From contig PAOU01000011.1 in assembly GCA_002708085.1 (NCBI GenBank), positions 55,556-119,555 on the forward strand: DNA of 64,000 bases. The letters are read 5' to 3'. A program made the translations under genes and the position numbers. Below are positions 10,595 through 19,118 of the stretch, in pieces (position 1 is the stretch's first letter; each line of letters starts with the position of its first letter). Source of the DNA: Dehalococcoidia bacterium (lineage in GTDB: Bacteria; Chloroflexota; Dehalococcoidia; Lucifugimonadales; Lucifugimonadaceae). Under the pieces are notes generated by a model, which was given only the letters and a program-made list of their open reading frames with translations, had not been told where the DNA came from and ran no database searches.

Positions 10595-10777
10595 TTATTT
10601 TTTTTCTTTTTGAGATTTTTCTTCTTCTTCTTTGCCTGATAATGCTTTTTTAAATTGCCTAATACCTTTACCTAATCCTGATCCTACTTCAGGCAGTCTT
10701 CCTATTCCAAATATTATCATTACAACTACAAGTATTAATAAAATCTCTGGCCATCCCATTCCTCTTAAAAAATTCAT
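10595..10777 (-). CDS. tatA: Twin-arginine translocase subunit TatA
   Basis: 60 aa, [39 protein letters not shown]-like AGAGGCG 7 nt upstream of the ATG at 10777. Confidence 0.85.
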   Translation of the reverse strand: MNFLRGMGWPEILLILVVVMIIFGIGRLPEVGSGLGKGIRQFKKALSGKEEEEKSQKEKK

Positions 10778-10851
10778 AAATTATCGCCTCTATTGAATGT
10801 TGAACATATTAATATAAGTCTTTCAAAATAAATTGAATAGTTCAAGTCTTA

Positions 10852-11490
10852 TTAAGTATTAAAGGATCTTAATAATCCCAAAACTTTACCTTCTATTTTA
10901 ATGTTTGAGGCTTTTTTAGTAATGGGTAAATAATCTGGATTGCTAGGAATTAATGTTACTTCGTTCTGATCTTTGTTAAAACTAATCCTCTTTAGAGTGG
11001 CAGAATTTTCATCCTTTATATTAATTACACCTATTTGATTTGAGTTGATTTCAGTAATGTCTACAATTTTTTCTGCGATTATGACATCTCCGTCACTAAT
11101 CATATCACCAGACATAGAATCGCCTTTTACTTCAAGTGCAAAAATATTTTTATTTTTTGGAAACCAATCTATAGGTATTTCTATTTCTTCTTCGTAATTT
11201 ATGCCGATGTCTTCAGGGATTTCTAATGATTCACCAGCTGCAATTTTGCCTACTAAAGGAATACTTATAATCTTTTCTTTATTGATTTGATTATTTATTA
11301 TTCCTCTTGATTTATTAGATTTAACTTCTAGGTGGCCTTTTTTCCTTAGAGCTTCAATATTGTAAGAAACAACAGATGTTGAACTAATATCACAAGATTT
11401 TTGGATTTCTCTTATTGTGGGCGGGAAACCTTCTTCATCCAAAAACTGATTGATGAAATCAAGTATATTTTGCTGTCTTTCTGATAACAT
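10852..11490 (-). CDS. lexA: LexA repressor (S24 peptidase)
   Basis: wHTH PPTIREIQKSCDISSTSVVSYNIEALRKKGHL and catalytic-Ser region VKGDSMSGDMISDGDVIIA. Confidence 0.9.
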   Translation of the reverse strand: MLSERQQNILDFINQFLDEEGFPPTIREIQKSCDISSTSVVSYNIEALRKKGHLEVKSNKSRGIINNQINKEKIISIPLVGKIAAGESLEIPEDIGINYEEEIEIPIDWFPKNKNIFALEVKGDSMSGDMISDGDVIIAEKIVDITEINSNQIGVINIKDENSATLKRISFNKDQNEVTLIPSNPDYLPITKKASNIKIEGKVLGLLRSFNT

Positions 11491-11566
11491 TTTAATAATA
11501 TTTTTTTATTTAATTCAAAATTAGCAAAGACAAGATTTTCAGTCAATCAACGGATGTCTCATAAAA

Positions 11567-11830
11567 TTATTTTTTATTCGAAGATTCGTTTAATGTAGCC
11601 ATAAGTCGGGATTTTCTTCTTCCCGCATTATTTTTGTGTATTACTCCTTTTTGAGCGGCTTTATCTAAAGATTGAACTGCTTTTTTTACACTTAAAATAG
11701 TGTTTTCTGAAGAAGGATCTTCGTTTATAGCTTTCTTAGCATCTTTAATAGCATTTCTTGCCTTAGAAGAAATTGTTTTATTATATTCTTGATTCTTTAT
11801 TTGTTTTCTATGACTTTTTTTACTTGGCAT
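11567..11830 (-). CDS. rpsT: 30S ribosomal protein S20
   Basis: 87 aa basic protein, ...KGVIHKNNAGRRKSRL motif. Confidence 0.9.
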   Translation of the reverse strand: MPSKKSHRKQIKNQEYNKTISSKARNAIKDAKKAINEDPSSENTILSVKKAVQSLDKAAQKGVIHKNNAGRRKSRLMATLNESSNKK

Positions 11831-11842
11831 AATTCACCGTTT

Positions 11843-13975
11843 CTAATTTAATCTTTGTATATTTCTAACTCCTGAAATAGCTTCGATTCTAGAGTATATT
11901 CTACTAAGCTGTTCAATTCCACTAGTAAAAACAGTAAATTCTACTTTAGTAGCTTTTCCAAAATCTGTAGACTTTAAAAAATTGATGTTTATATTTTCAC
12001 TAGATACCACAGAAGTTATGTCTCTTAGTAGACCAATTCTATCATCTGCGTCAACTTGTATCTTTACTTGTAATGTTTGATTATTAGTTCCCCAAACTAC
12101 ATTAACTATTCTTTCAGGTTCTCTAGAGTATCTTAAAAAATTACAATTGGATACATGAACGGATACTGTTTTTTTTCTTGTTAAGTATCCTTGAATCTCT
12201 TGTCCGTAACTAGGGTTACAACATTTTGATATTTTATTTGGGAGATTATTGAATCCCATTACTATTACATTAGGAAGTGAATTATTTTCGTCATTTTGAG
12301 GGGATGTTTTTAAATATTTCTTTTCTATTGATTTAGCTAATTGAGCAATTGTGGTTTCGCCAGATCCAAGTTGTTCTGCCAAGTCTGAATAATCTTCGAA
12401 CTCAGGTAATAAAGAAACTTCTTTTGAATCTATTTTGAAACCTAATTTATTTGATTCTTTTTTTATTATTTTAGTTCCCCTTGATATATTAGATTGTCTT
12501 TCTTGTTTTCTGAACCATTGTCTGATTTTCAATTTTGCTTTACTTGTAGTGACAAATTGTAAGTCTGGATTTAGCCAATCTAATCTTGGGCCACGAGGAT
12601 TTTTTGATTTTCTTATTTCTACAGTATCTCCATTCTTTAATGGGGTTTCCAAGGAAACTGTTTTTCCATTTATTAATGAAGAAACACAATCATGACCTAA
12701 CTCAGTATGTACTTCATATGCAAAATCTAATGGAGTTGCACCTACAGGGAGATTTTTTATTTCTCCTTTAGGAGTATATATAAATACTTGATCTCCTAAG
12801 ACATCTTTTTTTATAGAATTTACGTAGTCTATATCTTTCTCTACGTCTACTTGTCCATCAAGAAGTTGTTTGAACCAATTCATTTTGGATTCATATTTGT
12901 CACCTATTGATTCATTGTCTTCTTCTTTATAAGCCCAGTGTGCAGCAATTCCTTCTTCTGCAGTTAGATGCATATCTTTTGTTCTAATTTGAACCTCAAC
13001 TGGGTATCCTTCGTAACACATTACTGTAGTGTGCAAAGACTGATACATACTGTCTTTGGGGTTTGCTATATAATCATCGAATTCGCCTGGAACAGGTTTC
13101 CATAGATTATGCACCACTCCTAATGTCGCGTAACATTCGGAAATAGTTTTTACTATAATTCTCAACGCTATCAGATCATAAATTTCATCAAACTTTTTAC
13201 CTTGATTTGAATATTTTTCTATCTTTTTAAAAATACTGTATAAATGTTTGGGCCTTCCATAAATTGTTCCTGAAATTTTTGATTTTTCAAGATTTATTTG
13301 AAGTTCTTTTATAGCTTTATCTACATATAGCTCTCTTTTAGTTCTTTTTCTTGCTATGAGCCTAGAAGTCATCTTGTATCTATCAGGCATTAGATATTTA
13401 AATGCTTGATCTTCAAGTCTCCATTTCATGTCCCACATTCCTAATCTGTGGGCTAAAGGAGCATATATATCTAAAGTTTCTTGTGCGATTCTTTTTTGAT
13501 CTTTATTATCTAATGCATCTAAAGTTAACATATTGTGTAATCTGTCTGCTAACTTGATTAATACGACTCTAACGTCATCTGACATAGCAGTTAATATTTT
13601 TCTAAGATTTGCTGCTCTTAATTGTTCTGGATTTAATATTTCTAAAGTGGAATTATTTTTTTTAATCTTAAGTTTTGTGACTCCATCCACTAAATTTGCT
13701 ACATGTGGCCCAAATTTTGCAATAATTTCGTCTTTAGTTATTCCACAATCTTCTATTACATCGTGTAGTAGAGCTGCAGAAATAGTAGTGCTATCCATTC
13801 TCATATTAGCTAGATATAGTGCAGTGGAGATAGGATGACTTATAAATGGATCTCCTGACTTTCTAAACTGATTTTTGTGATTTTTTTCCGCAAAAAACAA
13901 TGCTTCTTTAACAAAGTCTAGTTTTGTTTCTGAAAGATATCCTTTTAGTTGTTTTATTAGAATGTTAGTTTGCAT
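11843..13975 (-). CDS. rel: Bifunctional (p)ppGpp synthetase/hydrolase, RelA/SpoT homologue
   Basis: 710 aa. HD domain (HPISTALYL..LLHDVIEDC), synthetase motif YQSLHTTV, TGS and C-terminal ACT-like region. Confidence 0.9.
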   Translation of the reverse strand: MQTNILIKQLKGYLSETKLDFVKEALFFAEKNHKNQFRKSGDPFISHPISTALYLANMRMDSTTISAALLHDVIEDCGITKDEIIAKFGPHVANLVDGVTKLKIKKNNSTLEILNPEQLRAANLRKILTAMSDDVRVVLIKLADRLHNMLTLDALDNKDQKRIAQETLDIYAPLAHRLGMWDMKWRLEDQAFKYLMPDRYKMTSRLIARKRTKRELYVDKAIKELQINLEKSKISGTIYGRPKHLYSIFKKIEKYSNQGKKFDEIYDLIALRIIVKTISECYATLGVVHNLWKPVPGEFDDYIANPKDSMYQSLHTTVMCYEGYPVEVQIRTKDMHLTAEEGIAAHWAYKEEDNESIGDKYESKMNWFKQLLDGQVDVEKDIDYVNSIKKDVLGDQVFIYTPKGEIKNLPVGATPLDFAYEVHTELGHDCVSSLINGKTVSLETPLKNGDTVEIRKSKNPRGPRLDWLNPDLQFVTTSKAKLKIRQWFRKQERQSNISRGTKIIKKESNKLGFKIDSKEVSLLPEFEDYSDLAEQLGSGETTIAQLAKSIEKKYLKTSPQNDENNSLPNVIVMGFNNLPNKISKCCNPSYGQEIQGYLTRKKTVSVHVSNCNFLRYSREPERIVNVVWGTNNQTLQVKIQVDADDRIGLLRDITSVVSSENININFLKSTDFGKATKVEFTVFTSGIEQLSRIYSRIEAISGVRNIQRLN

Positions 13976-14034
13976 ATTTCCTCTTTAGGAATTTTCTCTA
14001 ATATTTTAGATCAAATCAAGTATTCTAAATATAA

Positions 14035-14907
14035 TTAATTAGAATCTGGTTTTTCAGGTATTCCAGGAAATGGTACTTGTGAAGCATATTTTCCTAGATG
14101 ATTTACTAATTGAACAGGAATTTCAAAAATTTCATCTTGTAAATTTTTATTAGAAATTTTCATAAAATTAGAACCATCAGTACAAATAATTTTCACTTTT
14201 TGAGTGGATGTTTTTGTGATAAATTCTAGTTCCATTAAGAATACACATTCTTCATGAGTATTCTTAATGCCTATTACGTCAATATCAAGATATTGAATTA
14301 TAGGTGATATTTTATTTTTGTCTTTTAGAGTTTCTAACTCAAAATATATATTTTCTTTTAATCTTTTTAAAATAATTTCTTCTGTTTTTGATAAATTCAA
14401 TATTTTTACTATATTTACGGTGTTTTCTGAAAGATTTTTTTTGCATTCAATAATATTTGTTCCATTTTCATCAGTATGTACTATATATTCTTTATTGTTT
14501 CTTTCTATGAAATGAAGACTCCATCCTGATGTTTCTGCTTGGGCATAATATTTTCCTGGTTCTGGGCAACCCATTGCATATGATGGCCATTTTTTTCTTT
14601 CATATTTAAATAATTTTAAATCACTTGGTTTTATATTATGAATATTAGATATATAAGCCATAGCTTTTCCACCAATACTTGGTGGTTCGGGAGTGGGAGT
14701 AGGGATAACTGTAGGAGTAGGAGTTATTGTGGCTTCAGGCGTAGGTATAATTTTAGGAGTGGGCTCTATTTTTAATTTTTCTTGGACATTATTTTTGATA
14801 AATTTTTCATCTTCATTATTTTTAGAGTTAAAAATATCTATCATCATTAGAGCAATTAGAAAACTTCCTATCGTAATAATTAATGTGATGTTTAATATTT
14901 TTTTCAA
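14035..14907 (-). CDS. Hypothetical membrane-anchored or secreted protein with Pro/Thr-rich linker
   Basis: TTG start. N-terminal TM ILNITLIITIGSFLIALMMI, linker PTPKIIPTPEATITPTPTVIPTPTPEPP, then a roughly 200-aa Cys-containing domain I cannot assign. Confidence 0.5.
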   Translation of the reverse strand: MKKILNITLIITIGSFLIALMMIDIFNSKNNEDEKFIKNNVQEKLKIEPTPKIIPTPEATITPTPTVIPTPTPEPPSIGGKAMAYISNIHNIKPSDLKLFKYERKKWPSYAMGCPEPGKYYAQAETSGWSLHFIERNNKEYIVHTDENGTNIIECKKNLSENTVNIVKILNLSKTEEIILKRLKENIYFELETLKDKNKISPIIQYLDIDVIGIKNTHEECVFLMELEFITKTSTQKVKIICTDGSNFMKISNKNLQDEIFEIPVQLVNHLGKYASQVPFPGIPEKPDSN

Positions 14908-14981
14908 TTGATTTTTAGTTAAATTTATTTTTTTTCTAGTTTACCAGAGCAAATCTTTAGTGTCTTTTAATTGTTGACTAT

Positions 14982-15009
14982 TTGACTAAAGAATAATCTT
15001 TGATACTAT
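14982..15009 (+). promoter_or_regulatory. Candidate sigma-70-type promoter of the Fe ABC importer operon
   Basis: TTGACT (14982-14987), 16-nt spacer, TG-a-TACTAT (TG 15001-15002, -10 box 15004-15009). A second TTGACT lies at 14974-14979. Pattern match only. Confidence 0.3.
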
Positions 15010-15060
15010 ATTGTTGATTAAATTAATAAACAACATTTTGGAGTAAAAAATATTATTAAA

Positions 15061-16263
15061 ATGAAAAAAATATTATTAAGTCTTATTACTATATTTTCTA
15101 TAGTTGTTATTTCATGTTCTTCAGAGACTGAGATAGTTGAAGTAGTTAAAGAAGTTCCTGTAGAAAAAGAAGTAATTAAAGAAGTAGAAATAATTAAAGA
15201 AGTTCCTGTTGAAGTTATCGTTGAGAAGGAAGTGATAGTAGAAAAAGAAGGAGAAACTAAAACAGTTGAAGTTGTAAAAGTAATAGAGAGAGAAGTGGAA
15301 GTAGAAAAAGAAGTACCAGTAGAAAAAACATATGATACTTTGGTGATTTATTCTGGAAGAGGAGAATCATTAGTAGCACCAGTAATTCAGCAATTTTCTG
15401 AGGCTACTGGAATACCTGTTGAAGTAAAATATGGAAAAACAGGAGCTTTAGCAGCGACTTTATTGGAAGAAGGATCAAAGTCTCCTGCTGATATTTATTT
15501 TGCTCAAGATCCAGGCGGTCTTGGTTCAGTAAATACTATCTTATCTTCATTGTCTGATGAAATAATTTCATTAGGTCCTAATTGGGCTAATTCTCCAGAT
15601 AATAAATGGGTAGGTATATCAGGTAGAGGTAGAGTGGTTGTATATAATAATGAGGCAATTACTGATCCTGTTACACAATTACCAGATGACATTTATGATT
15701 TTGTTGATTCAAAATGGAAAGATAAAATCGGATGGGCTCCAACTAATGGATCATTTCAGGCTATGGTTACCGGGATGAGAGTTATATGGGGAGAGGAAAA
15801 AACTGAGCAGTGGTTAGAAGGAATTATGGCTAATAATCCTAAAATATATGCAAAGAATACTCCTACTGTAGCTGCAACTGCTGCTGGAGAAGTAGAAGTA
15901 GGATTTGTAAATCACTATTATTTACATAGATTTATGGCAGAAGAAGGAGAAACATTTGCTGCAAGAAATTATTTCTTACCAGGTGGTGGCCCAGGTTCAA
16001 TTGTTTTAGTTGCTGGTGCAGGAATTCTAGATGTTTCTGATAATAAAGATGCAGCAGAGGCATTTCTAAAATTCATGCTTTCTCCTGCAGCTCAAGGTTA
16101 TTTTGCCAATCAAACTTATGAATATCCATTGGTAGATGGAGTTAAGAAATCTAGACTTTTACCGGATCTAGATACATTAAACACTCCTGATATAGATATT
16201 TCTGATTTGGGAGATTTAGAAAGTACTCAAGAATTGTTAAGGAAAGTAGGAGCACTTCCTTAA
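15061..16263 (+). CDS. Fe(III) ABC transporter substrate-binding lipoprotein (FbpA/FutA/AfuA-like)
   Basis: Signal peptide with lipobox VIS-C (Cys19, 15115-15117). Mature domain has LVIYSGRGESLVAPVIQQF, SPADIYFAQDPGGLG, GISGRGRVVVYN typical of ferric-iron binding proteins. Confidence 0.8.
   Translation: MKKILLSLITIFSIVVISCSSETEIVEVVKEVPVEKEVIKEVEIIKEVPVEVIVEKEVIVEKEGETKTVEVVKVIEREVEVEKEVPVEKTYDTLVIYSGRGESLVAPVIQQFSEATGIPVEVKYGKTGALAATLLEEGSKSPADIYFAQDPGGLGSVNTILSSLSDEIISLGPNWANSPDNKWVGISGRGRVVVYNNEAITDPVTQLPDDIYDFVDSKWKDKIGWAPTNGSFQAMVTGMRVIWGEEKTEQWLEGIMANNPKIYAKNTPTVAATAAGEVEVGFVNHYYLHRFMAEEGETFAARNYFLPGGGPGSIVLVAGAGILDVSDNKDAAEAFLKFMLSPAAQGYFANQTYEYPLVDGVKKSRLLPDLDTLNTPDIDISDLGDLESTQELLRKVGALP
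15124..15327 (+). repeat. In-frame degenerate tandem repeat encoding a Glu/Lys/Val-rich linker (KEVPVEKEVI-like units)
   Basis: Residues 22-89 read ETEIVEVVKEVPVEKEVIKEVEIIKEVPVEVIVEKEVIVEKEGETKTVEVVKVIEREVEVEKEVPVEK. The DNA shows reiterated gaagt(a/t)..aaagaagt units. Confidence 0.8.
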
Positions 16264-16297
16264 ATTTAAAATACAACATCACACTTTTTAATACCAC

Positions 16298-16330
16298 ACA
16301 ACTCCAGTTCATTACTGGAGTTGTTGTTTT
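16298..16330 (+). terminator. Intrinsic terminator/attenuator hairpin between the binding-protein and permease genes
   Basis: Perfect 11-bp stem ACAACTCCAGT (16298-16308) / ACTGGAGTTGT (16314-16324), 5-nt loop, followed by TGTTTT. Confidence 0.65.
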
Positions 16331-16393
16331 GGGTAAACATAATAAGATATAGAATGTCTTTTATACTAAAATAATGAAAATAATCTTTTTAGA

Positions 16394-18010
16394 TTGATGA
16401 AAATAAATATTGATATAGGTCAAACTTTTCTTAGTGTATTTTCTTTTTTTATAATTTTGATTATTTCAATTCCTTTGGTTTATCTAGTTGTTAGAGTTTT
16501 AGGGAGTGATGGGAATTTATTAGAGTTGATTTTCAGAAGAAGGATATATGAAATTATTATTAGAACATTAACTCTTGTATTTTCAGTAACAATTCTATCA
16601 TTAATTATTGCTTTAACTTTATCTTGGATTATTGAAAGAACTGATATTCCCTGGAAGAAATTTTTTACAATTTTATCTGTTTTACCTATTGTTTTTCCTA
16701 GTTATGTAGCTGGAATGATTTTTGTTGATTTTTTAGGTCCTAAAGGTAGAGTACAAGGATGGCTTGAACCTTTTGGGGTAACTCAATTACCTGAAATTTA
16801 TGGTTTTTGGGGATCTACAATACTTCTTTCTTTGTTATCTTATCCGTATTTGTTTTTAATTATTAGATCTTCTTTGAGTAGAATAGATGCTAATTTAGAG
16901 GAAGCTTCAAAAATTTTAGGAAAGAATAGTTTAAAAACTTTCTTTTTAGTTACTTTTCCACTTTTAAGACCAGCAATAAGTTCAGGCTGTATTTTAGTAG
17001 CACTTTATACTCTTAGTGATTTTGGAGCAGTATCTTTATTACGTTATGAGACTTTTACTTGGGCAATTATGACTCAATATGAATCATCTTTTAATAGGGT
17101 TGTAGCAGCCTCTTTTTCATTGGTTCTTATTTTTTTTGCATTACTAATTTTAATTTTAGATGGTGTAATTGTTAAACCTAAAAACTATTATGTATCAGGA
17201 ATTTCTGGAACTTCAAGAAAGATCAAATTAATTAAATTAAATTTATTAAATAAGATTTTTTCAGTTTTTATAATAGTTTTAGTAATATTTTTTTCAGTTT
17301 TCTTCCCTTTTTATGGATTAACTTATTGGCTAATAAGAGGAGCAATTGCTGGAGAGATAATAAATTTTAATTGGATATTAGTTTGGAACTCTATCTCAGT
17401 TTCTTTTTTGGCAGCCATTTCTTGTGTTTTTTGCTCTTTACTGATTTCTTTATTAATCGTCAAATACAATAATAAAATTGGTATATTAACTGAAAAAATT
17501 TCTTACCTGGGTTTTGGTTTACCAGGAATTGCTATAGCTTTAGGTGTAATATTTGTAGGATTAAAATTAATTTCACCATTATATCAAACTATCGCATTAC
17601 TGATTTTGGGATATATTATTCTTTTTCTTCCTGTCACCATTGGTGCAATAAAATCATCTATGTTACAGATAAATCCACATATTGAAGAAGCCTCGAGAAG
17701 CTTAGGCTTTAGAATGTGGTATACAACTTTAAAGATTACCATTCCTATTATAATTTCAGGAGTTTTAGCTGGAGGAATACTAGTTTTTATGCTTACTATG
17801 AAAGAGCTGCCAGCTACTATGATACTTGCTCCTTTAGGATTTGAAACTCTTTCTACTTCGATATGGTCTTATTCTTCAGAAGCATTTTTTGCAAAATCAG
17901 CTTTCCCTTCTATGTTATTGGTTTTGATATCTGGCCCTTTTACTGCATATCTAGCTTTTAGAGGATATACTATCTCTGATAAACCTGTTAAGGAGAATTT
18001 GGATGTTTGA
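16394..18010 (+). CDS. Fe(III) ABC transporter permease (duplicated TMD, FbpB-like)
   Basis: 538 aa, about 12 TM, two ABC-permease EAA-like regions (LEEASKILGKN.., IEEASRSLGFR..). TTG at 16394 is followed by ATG at 16397, so the start is ambiguous. Confidence 0.8.
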   Translation: MMKINIDIGQTFLSVFSFFIILIISIPLVYLVVRVLGSDGNLLELIFRRRIYEIIIRTLTLVFSVTILSLIIALTLSWIIERTDIPWKKFFTILSVLPIVFPSYVAGMIFVDFLGPKGRVQGWLEPFGVTQLPEIYGFWGSTILLSLLSYPYLFLIIRSSLSRIDANLEEASKILGKNSLKTFFLVTFPLLRPAISSGCILVALYTLSDFGAVSLLRYETFTWAIMTQYESSFNRVVAASFSLVLIFFALLILILDGVIVKPKNYYVSGISGTSRKIKLIKLNLLNKIFSVFIIVLVIFFSVFFPFYGLTYWLIRGAIAGEIINFNWILVWNSISVSFLAAISCVFCSLLISLLIVKYNNKIGILTEKISYLGFGLPGIAIALGVIFVGLKLISPLYQTIALLILGYIILFLPVTIGAIKSSMLQINPHIEEASRSLGFRMWYTTLKITIPIIISGVLAGGILVFMLTMKELPATMILAPLGFETLSTSIWSYSSEAFFAKSAFPSMLLVLISGPFTAYLAFRGYTISDKPVKENLDV

Positions 18011-19118
18011 AAATAATAAGACCATTGGCTCATATCATTCTGATTTTGAGAAAGAAAAAGGTCTTATAGAAGTTGAGAATGTGAAATGTAGTTATCCTCC
18101 TTTTGATCAGATTGTATTAGATGATCTCTCTCTCGTAATCAATTCCGGAGAATTTGTAACAATATTAGGACATAGTGGTTCTGGTAAAACTACTTTATTA
18201 AGATCATTGGCTGGTTTTGAAATAATTCAAGAAGGCTATATTAGAATAAATGGTATGTTAGCATCTACTAGTTGGACTCATTTGCCCCCTGAGAAGAGGA
18301 AAATAGGATTTATATTCCAAGATTACGCACTTTTCCCTCATCTTACTGTAAGGCAAAATATATCTTTTGGGGTAGTCGGAAATAAAAATGATAAAAAGAA
18401 ACGTGAAAATTACATCTTAGATCTAATTGGTTTGAAAAAACAAGATTATAGATATCCTCATCAGTTATCTGGTGGTCAACAACAGAGAGTAGCTTTAGGA
18501 AGGGCTTTAGCGCCTAATCCTGTAGCGATTTTAATGGATGAACCATTTAGTAACCTTGATCGTCAACTTAGATCATCTTTGAGTCGAGAAATTAGAGATA
18601 TTATTAAATCTTCTGGTATAACAGCAATTCTTGTTACTCATGATAGAGAAGAAGCTATGATTTTATCTGATCGTGTGGGAGTTTTAGTAGATGGAAAATT
18701 AATTCAAATATCTGAACCAGAAAAGCTTTATCGTTTCCCTGCTTCTTTAGAGGTTTCTAGGATGATTTCAGAAACAAGATTAATTCAAGGTATAGTTCAA
18801 AAAAAATATATAAATACTGAAATCGGTAAAATTTCAATAGAGAAAATTCAATCTGGTGATTCAACTTTTAATGAAGGATCACCGATAATAGCATCATTAA
18901 GACCCGAAGATCTCATTATTAAGAAAAGTAACTCTGACATACATGGCACAATAGTAAGGAAGGAATTTTCTGGAAATAATTTAATTTATTGTGTTGAGTT
19001 AAAATCTGGAGATTTTTTGCATGTAGATAATTTCAATAGAATTGATTCATTAAATGAGGGAGAAAATGTAAGTTTAGATTTTTCATTGAGAAATCCAATT
19101 TCAATTTTCCCAAAGTAA
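18003..19118 (+). CDS. ABC transporter ATP-binding protein (FbpC/PotA-like)
   Basis: Walker A GHSGSGKTT, signature LSGGQQQRV, Walker B ILMDEPFS. 8-nt overlap with the permease gene. Confidence 0.85.
   Translation: MFENNKTIGSYHSDFEKEKGLIEVENVKCSYPPFDQIVLDDLSLVINSGEFVTILGHSGSGKTTLLRSLAGFEIIQEGYIRINGMLASTSWTHLPPEKRKIGFIFQDYALFPHLTVRQNISFGVVGNKNDKKKRENYILDLIGLKKQDYRYPHQLSGGQQQRVALGRALAPNPVAILMDEPFSNLDRQLRSSLSREIRDIIKSSGITAILVTHDREEAMILSDRVGVLVDGKLIQISEPEKLYRFPASLEVSRMISETRLIQGIVQKKYINTEIGKISIEKIQSGDSTFNEGSPIIASLRPEDLIIKKSNSDIHGTIVRKEFSGNNLIYCVELKSGDFLHVDNFNRIDSLNEGENVSLDFSLRNPISIFPK

Noticed and set aside
11491-11566. LexA/SOS operator (GAAC-N4-GTTC type) upstream of lexA. Also checked upstream of ruvC (59361-59625) and polA (26145-26201).
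   Set aside because: No GAAC or GTTC half-site pair with the right spacing is present in these spacers. The TGTT-g-AACA dyad at 10799-10807 lies between tatA and the lexA stop and does not match known LexA boxes. The operator motif of this lineage may simply differ.
14908-15060. Fur box in the divergent promoter region of the Fe(III) ABC operon.
   Set aside because: The A/T-rich stretches (for example GAATAATCTTTGATACTAT) only loosely resemble GATAATGATAATCATTATC. In a genome this AT-rich such partial matches are expected by chance.
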